64,000 nt of DNA, taken from positions 21,708 through 85,707 of the forward strand of contig CAWAGQ010000016.1 of assembly GCA_963781585.1 (NCBI GenBank), given 5' to 3'. The notes beneath the pieces were generated by a model. It saw nothing but the letters and a program-made list of their open reading frames with translations. It did not search any database and was not told the origin of the DNA. This DNA is from an uncultured Gemmatimonadaceae bacterium. Its GTDB lineage: Bacteria > Gemmatimonadota > Gemmatimonadetes > Gemmatimonadales > Gemmatimonadaceae. Shown piece by piece: positions 48,479-57,199 of the stretch (positions are counted from its first letter, which is position 1; the number at the start of each line of letters is the position of its first letter). The position numbers and the translations under genes are program-made.

Positions 48479-49044
48479 CAGGCGTATTTCTCCTCTAAGA
48501 GTGCCTGGAGCGCTTCACGAGCGCGATGCACGCGCATCTTGAGTGCCCCTACCGTCGTACCCAGCAAGTCCGCCATTTCCTCGTACGACCGGCCTTCCAC
48601 GTGCTTCATGATGAACGCCTCTCGAAGCGACGGTGGCAGGCTCGCCAACGCGGTGTCCAGATCGTCACGCAACTCAGTGCGGTCCAGATCCTCTTCCGGA
48701 TTCGCGTACCCGGTCGGCTGATCGTCTTCGTCATAGCTGAGGTGCGTACGACGAATGTTCTTCAGCCAGTCCTTGCACCCGTTGGCAACAATCCGGAACA
48801 GCCACGCGTCGAACCGTCCCCGTACCTCGGCCAGATGCTGATAGGCCTTGATGAACGACATCTGCAAGATGTCTTCCGCGACGTCGGGACTGCCCGTCAT
48901 CCCCAGCGCATGTCGGTAGAGCGGATCGCTGTACCGCTGGATGAGAACGGAAAACCCCTCGCGCTCCCCTGTCAGGACGCGCGAGATGATCTCCTGATCC
49001 GCTTCCAGCTGGTCAATCTGGTCGGCAGGCACCGTTGATTTCAC
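48478..49044 (-). CDS. ECF RNA polymerase sigma factor
   Basis: AEDILQ..F, FDAWLFRI..N, REAFIMKHVEGRSYEEMA..GALKMRVHRAR; GTG start 6 nt after TATGCT. Confidence 0.92.
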   Translation of the reverse strand: MKSTVPADQIDQLEADQEIISRVLTGEREGFSVLIQRYSDPLYRHALGMTGSPDVAEDILQMSFIKAYQHLAEVRGRFDAWLFRIVANGCKDWLKNIRRTHLSYDEDDQPTGYANPEEDLDRTELRDDLDTALASLPPSLREAFIMKHVEGRSYEEMADLLGTTVGALKMRVHRAREALQALLEEKYA

Positions 49045-49176
49045 GGTGCTAGCATAACCGGTTTTCCGCTGGCTCGACAGCCCCGGTTGAGGCAGCTTGA
49101 GCACGGCCACTTGCATCACGTAGAGAGACGAATCGGCAGGTGCCGCGTAACACCGCGGTCACCCGTACCGCCGGGA

Positions 49177-50292
49177 TCATCCACGATGGCGGAAGGCCTC
49201 CCAACCCGAGCGGCGAATCGCCTCGCCGTGCTCGTCCAGACGTGGTGGCGGGAGGCGGACCGAACCTGGAATCGGCGGCGACACACCAGTTCGTGGCGAC
49301 GCCTCCACAGATTGCAGCGCATCGCGAACGTCACGCACCACACCGCACGGCACACCTGCTGAACGGAGTGCGCTCAGCCACGACGCCGCGGGACGCTCGG
49401 CAATACGTCGGGCGAACGCCGCCACGACGCGCGCGCGGCCCGCGACGCGACCGGCGTTCGTCCTCAGGGCGTGATCGTCGGCGAGCGCGCTCAGTTCGAG
49501 CGCACGGCAGGCTTTCAGCCATTGGGGATCATTCCCCACCGCGACCACGATCGGGCGATCGACGGCGTTGAAGAGCTGGTACGGGACAAGATTGGGATGC
49601 GCGTTTCCCCACCGCCGGCCCGCAGCGCCGGAGACAAGCACATTCTGCGCGACGTTTACCAGCGCCGAGGCAGCAGACTGCAGAAGAGAAATCCGGATGT
49701 GTCGAGCATCCACGCCGAGCGGCGTCTCAGCGCGATCGCGAGCAATAAGACCGGCGAGAATCGCGATGGCGGCGTCTTTCCCCGCAATGACGTCTGCCAG
49801 AGCAATCCCCACTTTCATCGGGGTCCCGTCAGGCTCACCGGTCACCGCCATCCAGCCACTCTCCGCCTGGATTACGAAGTCGTATCCGGGCCGCTCGCTC
49901 CCTGCACCGAAACCGGAGATGGTGCACCAGAGCAGTTGCTCACGTGCGCGAAGCAGCCCAGCAGACTCGATTCCGTGCCGCTCCAGGACCCCGGGGAGAA
50001 AATTCTCCACGACGACGTCCGCACCGAGAGCCAGGTGATTGACCAGCTTACGATCGTCCCCGCTGCTCAGGTCGAGTGCGATACCGAGCTTGTTGCGATT
50101 GACGCTCAGAAAGTAGGCGCTCTGGCCGTCGTCGGCGAACGGTGGGCCCCACCCGCGCGACTCGTCACCGGAGCCCGGCCGCTCGACTTTGATGACATCT
50201 GCCCCGAGGTCCCCGAGGATCATGGTGCAGAGTGGCCCCGCCAAGACCCTGGTCATGTCGAGAACGCGGATGTTATGTAGTGATACTGTCAT
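49177..50292 (-). CDS. CaiB/BaiF family CoA transferase (family III)
   Basis: IRVLDMTRVLAGP, GADVIKVERP, NRNK, ENF, PGYD. Confidence 0.92.
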   Translation of the reverse strand: MTVSLHNIRVLDMTRVLAGPLCTMILGDLGADVIKVERPGSGDESRGWGPPFADDGQSAYFLSVNRNKLGIALDLSSGDDRKLVNHLALGADVVVENFLPGVLERHGIESAGLLRAREQLLWCTISGFGAGSERPGYDFVIQAESGWMAVTGEPDGTPMKVGIALADVIAGKDAAIAILAGLIARDRAETPLGVDARHIRISLLQSAASALVNVAQNVLVSGAAGRRWGNAHPNLVPYQLFNAVDRPIVVAVGNDPQWLKACRALELSALADDHALRTNAGRVAGRARVVAAFARRIAERPAASWLSALRSAGVPCGVVRDVRDALQSVEASPRTGVSPPIPGSVRLPPPRLDEHGEAIRRSGWEAFRHRG

Positions 50293-50381
50293 GATACTGA
50301 TATTAAACTGTCTCTATATCTGAGATTGTTTCGGCGGATTTCCTCGCAAATGTCGCGTGCTCGGCTACGGATCGCCTCTCC

Positions 50382-50409
50382 TTGCGTATGCCACCAATCC
50401 TCATATACT
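50382..50409 (+). promoter_or_regulatory. Sigma70-like promoter for the 50518 gene
   Basis: TTGCGT-N16-TATACT in an AT-rich divergent intergenic region. Confidence 0.5.
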
Positions 50410-50517
50410 TACCGCCGCTGACCCCCTCCGCCGCGCACGGCTCGCCAGTATGAGGCGGCTACTTGAGTTCGAGAGACGCGCCTGGTCTCCCCCGCGAGCC
50501 TTTAGAACCGATCTTCA

Positions 50518-51027
50518 ATGACCGACCTGCCCCAAAGCACTGAGTCCGCTCCTCCGCCATCCGACGACGCGCCGTCGCCGCCCCCACCGCCTCCCAGGCG
50601 CAGTCCGGGACACCGCGGCCAGGACGTGCGCGACACCGTGGCCGAGCTTGCCGCCCGAGCCCACGAGATCAGCCTTGAAGCGGGCAGCAAGATGGCTTCT
50701 GCCCTCAAGGATGTCATCAATGCGGCCGCTGGGATAACCAACTTCGCGGTAGAGAGCGCGCGCGATCTGGTTCAGTACATGGTGCGCCGCGGTCAGATGA
50801 CGCAGGAAGAGGCAGACAAGCTGATCCGCGAGGCCGAAGAGGCCGCGCAGAAGCGGACAAAGGGCGCCGCAAAGTCAGATGGAGCCAGGAAGGCTCCCGC
50901 GGCCGCACCGGCGAGGTCGGCCGCGCCGGCGACGCGAGCGGCGCCCGTCAAGGCGAAGGCGGCCAAGAAACCCGCCGCCAGGAAGCCGGCGGCCAAGTCC
51001 GCAAAGAAGGCGACGAACAAGAAGTAG
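50518..51027 (+). CDS. Phasin-like protein with Lys/Ala-rich histone-H1-like tail
   Basis: YMVRRGQMTQEEADKLI phasin-like segment; tail KAKAAKKPAARKPAAKSAKK. Confidence 0.6.
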   Translation: MTDLPQSTESAPPPSDDAPSPPPPPPRRSPGHRGQDVRDTVAELAARAHEISLEAGSKMASALKDVINAAAGITNFAVESARDLVQYMVRRGQMTQEEADKLIREAEEAAQKRTKGAAKSDGARKAPAAAPARSAAPATRAAPVKAKAAKKPAARKPAAKSAKKATNKK

Positions 51028-51093
51028 GCGCGGGGCACGCCGCTACGGGACCGCCAGAGTGACGTCGGCGTCACCGTCCCGCATCTTGGTCTC

Positions 51094-52044
51094 ATGCCGC
51101 ACGTCACAGCGCGCGCCCCAGGGCGCATCGACTTCGGTGGTGGCTGGACCGACGTCCCCCCGTACAGTGAGGAGCAGGGAGGGTGCGTCTGCAACGTCGC
51201 CATCGCGCGGCATTGCGTCGTTAGGCTGTCTCCGGGGCGCGCGCCCGCGCCGCTCGCGGTCGCAAGTGATGGCTCCCTGCTTCAGGCGGCTCTCCGCCGT
51301 GCCGGGTCGCCCAACCTCTCCGTCGACCTCCACACCGAATTCCCGGTCGGAGCGGGGCTTGGCGGCTCATCCGCCGCTGGCGTCTCCCTGTGCGGCGCAC
51401 TCGCCACGTGGCGCGGCGAGCCGATCGACCGGCAGATGCTGGCGGAGAAGAGCCGGCAACTGGAGGTCGAGGACCTGGGAGTCGCCGGCGGCCGCCAGGA
51501 TCACTTCGCCGCCGCATTCGGAGGCGCTCTGGCACTGTCCTTCGGCACCGAGACCCGCGTTCGCCGCATCGCTCTCACCCCCACCGTCAGGGCCGCCCTC
51601 GAGCGCCGCTGCGTGGTCGTGTACACCGGCCAGTCCCGGATCTCGGGCGATACCATCAAGGCGGTGCTGGACGCCTATCGCGCTCGTCAACGCGGGGTGA
51701 TCGAATCGCTCGCCCGCATGAAACGACTGGCCGAAGAGATGTGCCTCGCGCTGTCTGCCGGAGACCTTGATGCCCTCGGAGTTCTGGTCGCCGAGCACTG
51801 GACGCATCAGCGGTCGCTCCATCCCGCCATTCCGACCCCGCTCATCGATACGGTCCTCGCGCGCGCCTCCGAAGCCGGCGCGCTCGGCGGCAAAGCGTTA
51901 GGCGCTTCCGGGGGCGGCTGTGTGATCGTCATCACTCGGGAAGACGCGGTGCAGCGCGTCCGAACGATCGTCGAAGCGCTCGCCCAGCCCCTTCCGTTCA
52001 CCGTCGACGAGCAGGGCTTCAGAGCGACGGTCGAGGACGAATGA
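51094..52044 (+). CDS. GHMP kinase, HddA/fucokinase-like sugar kinase
   Basis: APGRIDFGGGWTDVPPY, PVGAGLGGSS, GGRQD, GGKALGASGGG. Confidence 0.85.
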   Translation: MPHVTARAPGRIDFGGGWTDVPPYSEEQGGCVCNVAIARHCVVRLSPGRAPAPLAVASDGSLLQAALRRAGSPNLSVDLHTEFPVGAGLGGSSAAGVSLCGALATWRGEPIDRQMLAEKSRQLEVEDLGVAGGRQDHFAAAFGGALALSFGTETRVRRIALTPTVRAALERRCVVVYTGQSRISGDTIKAVLDAYRARQRGVIESLARMKRLAEEMCLALSAGDLDALGVLVAEHWTHQRSLHPAIPTPLIDTVLARASEAGALGGKALGASGGGCVIVITREDAVQRVRTIVEALAQPLPFTVDEQGFRATVEDE

Positions 52045-52075
52045 GTTGGCGTCGATGCGACAGGAGACTGGCAGC

Positions 52076-53236
52076 ATGACGGTCCCCGCAGGGAACGTCG
52101 TCGAGCTCACTCGCGCTCTGGTGCGGGTCGATTCGCGCAATCCGCAGCTGGTGCGTGAGGCACCGGGCGAAACCGGGGTGGCGCGGCGGCTCGCCGACGT
52201 CCTGCGGGATTGGGGTTTTCGCGTAACCATGCAGGAGGCCGCTCCAGACCGGCCGAACGTCATCGCCCGGGTCGGTGAGGCGCGACCCGGCGCCGCGGTC
52301 CTCATGTTCAACGGCCATCTCGATGTCGTCGGCGTTGACGGCATGATCCACGACCCGTTCACTGCCGAGAGTCGAAATGGCCGGATCTATGGCCGCGGTG
52401 CCACCGACATGAAGGGCGGTGTGGCGGCGATGTGCGCCGCAGCCTGGCGCGCGGCGCGGGCGGGCCTGGCCGGCGAGATCATCGTCGCCGCCGTGGTGGA
52501 CGAGGAGTTCGAAAGCATCGGCACGCGCGCCCTCATCGGCGGCGGCGTGCGCGCCGACGCGGCGATCGTCACGGAACCCACACGACTGGCGATCGCCCCT
52601 GCTCATCGGGGATTCACCTGGGTAGAAGTGGCGGTACGAGGCCGTGCCGCGCACGGAAGCCGGTACGACGTCGGCGTGGACGCCATCCGCCACGCTGGCC
52701 GCCTGCTGTTCGAACTCGACCGCCTTGAATCGACCGATCTGGCGAACCGCACCCACCCCTTGCTCGGGCACGCCTCCTTACATGCCGCTACGATCGCGGG
52801 CGGACTCGGGTGGTCCACGTATCCGGAGTCGTGCGTGCTGCGCATCGAGCGACGCACGCTCCCGGGAGAGCAGCCGGAAGGAGCGGTGCGCGAGGTCGTT
52901 GAGGCCTGCGCGCGCGTCAAGGAGAGCGTGCCCGGATTCGAGGCCACCGTCCAGCATGTCCTTTCCCGGCGCGCCAGCGACGTCGCACTGGACGCTCCGA
53001 TCGTCCGCGCCCTGGAAACGGCCCTTGGAGACGCGGGAGAACCCGCGTGCATCGAGGGCCTCTCGGCCTGGACGGATGCCGCATTGCTCAATGAGGCCGG
53101 CGTTCCCGCGATCTGCTTCGGTCCCGGAGACATCGCCATGGCACATTCCGCGGAAGAGTGGGTCGCCGAGGATGAGCTGGAGCGATCGGCCAGCGTCCTC
53201 GCGCGCCTCGCGATTGCGTGGTGCGGTGCCAGCTGA
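52076..53236 (+). CDS. ArgE/DapE family M20 deacylase
   Basis: AGGAG RBS; NGHLDVV, GRGATDMKGG, DEE, TEP, AH..EE. Confidence 0.9.
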   Translation: MTVPAGNVVELTRALVRVDSRNPQLVREAPGETGVARRLADVLRDWGFRVTMQEAAPDRPNVIARVGEARPGAAVLMFNGHLDVVGVDGMIHDPFTAESRNGRIYGRGATDMKGGVAAMCAAAWRAARAGLAGEIIVAAVVDEEFESIGTRALIGGGVRADAAIVTEPTRLAIAPAHRGFTWVEVAVRGRAAHGSRYDVGVDAIRHAGRLLFELDRLESTDLANRTHPLLGHASLHAATIAGGLGWSTYPESCVLRIERRTLPGEQPEGAVREVVEACARVKESVPGFEATVQHVLSRRASDVALDAPIVRALETALGDAGEPACIEGLSAWTDAALLNEAGVPAICFGPGDIAMAHSAEEWVAEDELERSASVLARLAIAWCGAS

Positions 53237-53454
53237 TGGCACATCTGACCCCAGACCAGTTCGACCGCCTGGAGCGAGCGGTCGACGACGGACGACGGAT
53301 CTCCGTCGTCCGTCGGGGGCAAGAGCTTGTCGTGTTTCCGATCCGGCTCTTCGTCCGTGGCGGTCGTGAGATCATCGAGGCGCGCCATCCGACCACGGGT
53401 GACATCCTGTCCTTTCGTATCGACGACGTGGACAGCGTCGAAGTCGTATCGTGA
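53236..53454 (+). CDS. Small stand-alone WYL-like domain protein
   Basis: 72 aa, LERAVDDGRRISV...VVFPIRL...SFRIDDVDSVEV resembles the WYL pattern; start and stop overlap both neighbours. Confidence 0.55.
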   Translation: MAHLTPDQFDRLERAVDDGRRISVVRRGQELVVFPIRLFVRGGREIIEARHPTTGDILSFRIDDVDSVEVVS

Positions 53455-54107
53455 CGATCACGACGTCTCGGCTGGTGGCGGTGTTCGCCGACGAATCGTG
53501 CCTGGGGAACGGCCGCGAAGGCGAGAATCCTGGTGGCGCGGGCATTCTGGTCGAACAGGCGGCAGACGGCGGCGCGATCGTCCGCCACGACCTCTGGATC
53601 TCCGAACCGGCTACCACCAACAACCGGATGGCGCTGCGCTCGGTCATTGAGTCGATGCATGCGCTCTCGCGCGGCGGCCGGCGGCTCCGGGTCGTGTTCA
53701 CCACGGATTCCCGCTACATCGTGGACGGCATGACCCGATGGGTTCACGACTGGGCTCGCCGCTCATGGCGTCGGAAAGGGGGCGCTATCGAGAACCTGGA
53801 GCTCTGGCGGAAAGCGGTCGAATCGGCCTCCGTCCACGAGATTCGGTGGCGCTGGGTGCGCGGCCACGCAGGTCATGCACAGAACGAATACGCCAACCAC
53901 CTGGCCATGCACGCCGCGTCATCGCTGAGTGGCTCCGGTGTACTGGTGCCGTCGCGCTTCGCGGAGTGGATGTCGGAACATCCGGCGATGCGTCCCGAAG
54001 TGTTTCCCGACAGCGGGACGTTCGTCGCGTCGCCGCGGTTACCTGGTTCCGTCACGGCCAGTCCCTCATCAGGGCCTCTCTTCGACACAGACCTGGAGCC
54101 GGAATGA
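53451..54107 (+). CDS. rnhA: Ribonuclease HI family protein with atypical active site
   Basis: ADESCLGN..PGG, TTNNRMAL, TDSRY, NLELW, WVRGHAGH.QNE. Confidence 0.85.
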   Translation: MTITTSRLVAVFADESCLGNGREGENPGGAGILVEQAADGGAIVRHDLWISEPATTNNRMALRSVIESMHALSRGGRRLRVVFTTDSRYIVDGMTRWVHDWARRSWRRKGGAIENLELWRKAVESASVHEIRWRWVRGHAGHAQNEYANHLAMHAASSLSGSGVLVPSRFAEWMSEHPAMRPEVFPDSGTFVASPRLPGSVTASPSSGPLFDTDLEPE

Positions 54108-54286
54108 AGAAGACGATTCTCGTGCTTGCCATAGGGATCGCGATGGGCTACTTCGCAGGCTTCTCCGACGCACGAATTCACAAGGATGACATCGTTCAGC
54201 GCCTGGTCGCACGCGTTGGCGGTGCGAACCGGGACCACATGCCGAACGACGTGGATGCCACCATGGAGCGACTGGAGAAGCGGTGA
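54104..54286 (+). CDS. Small protein with N-terminal TM/signal helix
   Basis: MKKTILVLAIGIAMGYFAGF; GGAG RBS; ATGA and GTGA overlaps with neighbours. Confidence 0.65.
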   Translation: MKKTILVLAIGIAMGYFAGFSDARIHKDDIVQRLVARVGGANRDHMPNDVDATMERLEKR

Positions 54287-55029
54287 ACGCGGAACCCTTT
54301 GCAGCCGGCGCCGCCGCGGCGGCCGACGAACTCGATCGCATGTACCGCAGGCTGGTGCAGAACATCCGAGCTGGCTTCCCCGATCTGCTCACCCGCCCCT
54401 TTGAGGTGTCGCAGCTCTACCAGCACGTCATTCCCTATCGCCTGAATCGGCGAGAGCTGGGCATCGACTCCAACGAGGAATACGAACTCACGCTGCTGCG
54501 GTTGCTGAGCGGTACACGTGGACTGCTGACCGGCGATCCGGAAATGCAGCGCGCGTTGCGGGCCGAGCTCGAATCTCCCAATCCGGATCTGACGGCGTTC
54601 CGGGGATACGCAACGTCCACGGTGGCCCTCGATCCCGAGGCGCTTCGCGCGCACGACGCGCAACCGATGGTGCGGTCGCCCTCTCCCCTGGCAACCGCCG
54701 TCGCGCCACACCATCCGGAACCGGTCAGCCGTGCCGAAGTGGCATCCCGAGCGACGGAGGAGCTGGCCGTTGGTGCACGGACCGGCGCCCGCGCGGAGCC
54801 CTCGCGACCCCGCCGCGCACCGGGCGTCGCCGGACCAATGGCCGCGCCGGCGTCTCGCCCAACACCGGTCGGCTGTCGCTATTGCGGTGGCGAGTTGCCC
54901 GAGGCGCGCGAGATACGATTCTGCCCGCACTGCGGCCAGAACCTCACCGTGAAGCAGTGTCCGGCGTGCAGCACCGAGCTCGAGGTCGACTGGAGGTTCT
55001 GCGTAACGTGCGGCAGGCAGGTCGACTGA
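54283..55029 (+). CDS. Double zinc ribbon domain protein
   Basis: C-terminal CRYC, CPHC, CPAC, CVTC; helical N-terminal domain. Confidence 0.8.
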   Translation: MNAEPFAAGAAAAADELDRMYRRLVQNIRAGFPDLLTRPFEVSQLYQHVIPYRLNRRELGIDSNEEYELTLLRLLSGTRGLLTGDPEMQRALRAELESPNPDLTAFRGYATSTVALDPEALRAHDAQPMVRSPSPLATAVAPHHPEPVSRAEVASRATEELAVGARTGARAEPSRPRRAPGVAGPMAAPASRPTPVGCRYCGGELPEAREIRFCPHCGQNLTVKQCPACSTELEVDWRFCVTCGRQVD

Positions 55030-55139
55030 CGACGCGGTTTCCGCATCCGAACGTGCACGCGGCGCGCGTGTAGAAGCTGGGGCTCGGCAACGGACGCACC
55101 GCAGCGAGGGGGAGTCCGGCAACGCGGATTTTCGATCAG

Positions 55140-56297
55140 GTGCGAGCACCACTGACAAGTCATCGATCCAACTTTCCGGGCCAGCGAGAGGCCCATTCCG
55201 CCGCGACCGCTATTCTCGCGGCCTGGCTCGTCGCCTGCGCGCCGGGGATTTCTGTCGTATCGTCGGTGACCCCGGCTCCGGTGTCGTCGCCGCCCACGGT
55301 CATCGAAGCACACACCGCTCCGTGGACGATTCGCGTCCGCGAGCACCTCGACCTGTGGCTGCACGGGTTTGCGATGCTGCAGGTGGATTCCTCCCGCATT
55401 CCCTATTTTCGGCGCGGCTACCGGTCCGCGCTCGCCGACCAGCGGTCGCGCCTCCAGACGATGACGCTGCTGGACAGCAACGAGTCCACACTGCGGGCCC
55501 GGCTGGTGGCGAATCCGGCCCTGACCGCCGCGCAGTTCATCCCGCTGTACTTCACCTCGTGGGAGGACCTTCGGCAGGCGGCGGAGACATTTCTCCAGCT
55601 GAACGGTGATCCGCGCGCAGCAGGCGATCAGCGGACCGCGGAAAACGTCGCGACGTTCGCGGCCTACTTCGCCTCAGCAGCCGATCGCGATTGGCTGCGC
55701 CTGTTCCTCGAGTCGCTCGAAGACGAGCGGGTGAAGTTCTACGACGGGTACTGGCGGGAACGGCAGCGGGAACTCGGTCCGGTGTTCACCGCGGTCGACT
55801 CGCTCTGGCAATCGACGTACGCGACGCGATACGAGGCATTCCTCAGGAACTCCCAGCAGCGTGACGGGGAGGTGTTGCTGTCGCTGCCGCTCGCCGGCGA
55901 GGGGCGCACGCTTGCGGACGCGGTCCACCACACGACGATCGCGGTGGGGTTTCCGCCCGATACCGCAAGTGCCGACGCGATGGTATTCGTGTTCGCACAC
56001 GAGATCGTCGGGAAGGTGGCGAACGAGGTCGTGGCGGATCACACCTCCCCCGCCGAGCGTCGCACTGGAGCCAGCGATCGCTACTCGAGTCTGGCGGCGG
56101 TTCGCGGCGGAGCGATGCTGCTCGCGCGGATCGCTCCTGAGCTGGTCTCCGGATACATGCGATACTATCTCGAGCTGGCCGGCGTGGGCGACCGCGATGG
56201 CGACCGCGAGCAGACCTTCGCCGCGACCTTTCCCCTCCCCGACGAGCTGCGCGACGCCCTGCATCAGCAAATCGATATTATTCTGAGCGGGATCTGA
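55140..56297 (+). CDS. Hypothetical lipoprotein; start uncertain
   Basis: Hydrophobic stretch ending LVAC; long ORF with typical codon usage. Confidence 0.65.
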   Translation: MRAPLTSHRSNFPGQREAHSAATAILAAWLVACAPGISVVSSVTPAPVSSPPTVIEAHTAPWTIRVREHLDLWLHGFAMLQVDSSRIPYFRRGYRSALADQRSRLQTMTLLDSNESTLRARLVANPALTAAQFIPLYFTSWEDLRQAAETFLQLNGDPRAAGDQRTAENVATFAAYFASAADRDWLRLFLESLEDERVKFYDGYWRERQRELGPVFTAVDSLWQSTYATRYEAFLRNSQQRDGEVLLSLPLAGEGRTLADAVHHTTIAVGFPPDTASADAMVFVFAHEIVGKVANEVVADHTSPAERRTGASDRYSSLAAVRGGAMLLARIAPELVSGYMRYYLELAGVGDRDGDREQTFAATFPLPDELRDALHQQIDIILSGI

Positions 56298-56308
56298 AGC
56301 CGTAACGA

Positions 56309-57172
56309 ATGCCTGACGACCCTTCCACGCGGACATCCGCGCCGGTCGCCGTGCCGGCACCCACGGCCACCACGACGCCGCTCGACCGCGCCGGGCTCGA
56401 GCGGGTGTTGGCGCGTGCCTCGGAACTCCAGGCGCTGGACGCCGACGCACCAGAGGGATTGACCGAGTCCCAGATCCTGGAACTTGGAAGCGAAGTGGGG
56501 ATCTCCACGGAGCATCTGAAGCAGGCGTTGGCCGAGGAGCGTACGCGCGTGGCCGTACCCGCCGAGCACGGCGTGGTGGGCTCGTGGTTCGGTCCAACGG
56601 TGGCATCGGCGTCGCGGGTACTGAAGGGATCGGCGTCATCGACACTCGATCTGCTGGACCAATGGATGCAGCGCGAGGAACTGCTTCGTGTTCGCCGCCG
56701 CTACTCCGATCGTCTCACCTGGGACGCCCGACGAGATTTCATCGGTGGCATCCAGGCGAGCTTCAACATCGGTGGCCGGCCCTATGCGCTCACGCCCGCG
56801 GTCGAAGTCGGCGCCACGGTGGTCGCGGTCGACGCCGAGCGGGTGCTGGTGCGACTCGACGCGGACTTTGGCACCAGCCGGCGGCGCAGTGTGATATGGA
56901 GTGGAGTGCTGGCCGGAGGAGGGGTGGCAAGTGGCGCAGGCATCGTTGCACTGGCGTCGCTGATGCCGCAGGGCTCTCTACTCATCGGGTCCGTGATGGG
57001 GAGCGTGTGGACACTGCTCGGAGGCGTGGCGGCGGCCGGAGTGGCGGCCGCGCAGCGGCGACGCCTTGGACGCGGGCAACTCGCGCTGGAGCAGATCCTG
57101 GATCGCCTGGAGCACGGGGAGATGCGCCCTACACGCACCTCGCTGCTCCAGTTCCTCACCTCAGGCCGCTGA
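56309..57172 (+). CDS. Hypothetical membrane protein (two C-terminal TM helices)
   Basis: LERVLARASELQ..ELGSEVGI N-terminal domain; two Gly/Ala-rich TM segments. Confidence 0.7.
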   Translation: MPDDPSTRTSAPVAVPAPTATTTPLDRAGLERVLARASELQALDADAPEGLTESQILELGSEVGISTEHLKQALAEERTRVAVPAEHGVVGSWFGPTVASASRVLKGSASSTLDLLDQWMQREELLRVRRRYSDRLTWDARRDFIGGIQASFNIGGRPYALTPAVEVGATVVAVDAERVLVRLDADFGTSRRRSVIWSGVLAGGGVASGAGIVALASLMPQGSLLIGSVMGSVWTLLGGVAAAGVAAAQRRRLGRGQLALEQILDRLEHGEMRPTRTSLLQFLTSGR

Positions 57173-57199
57173 CGGAGGGCGGCCGGGTCTCGCGCTCGG

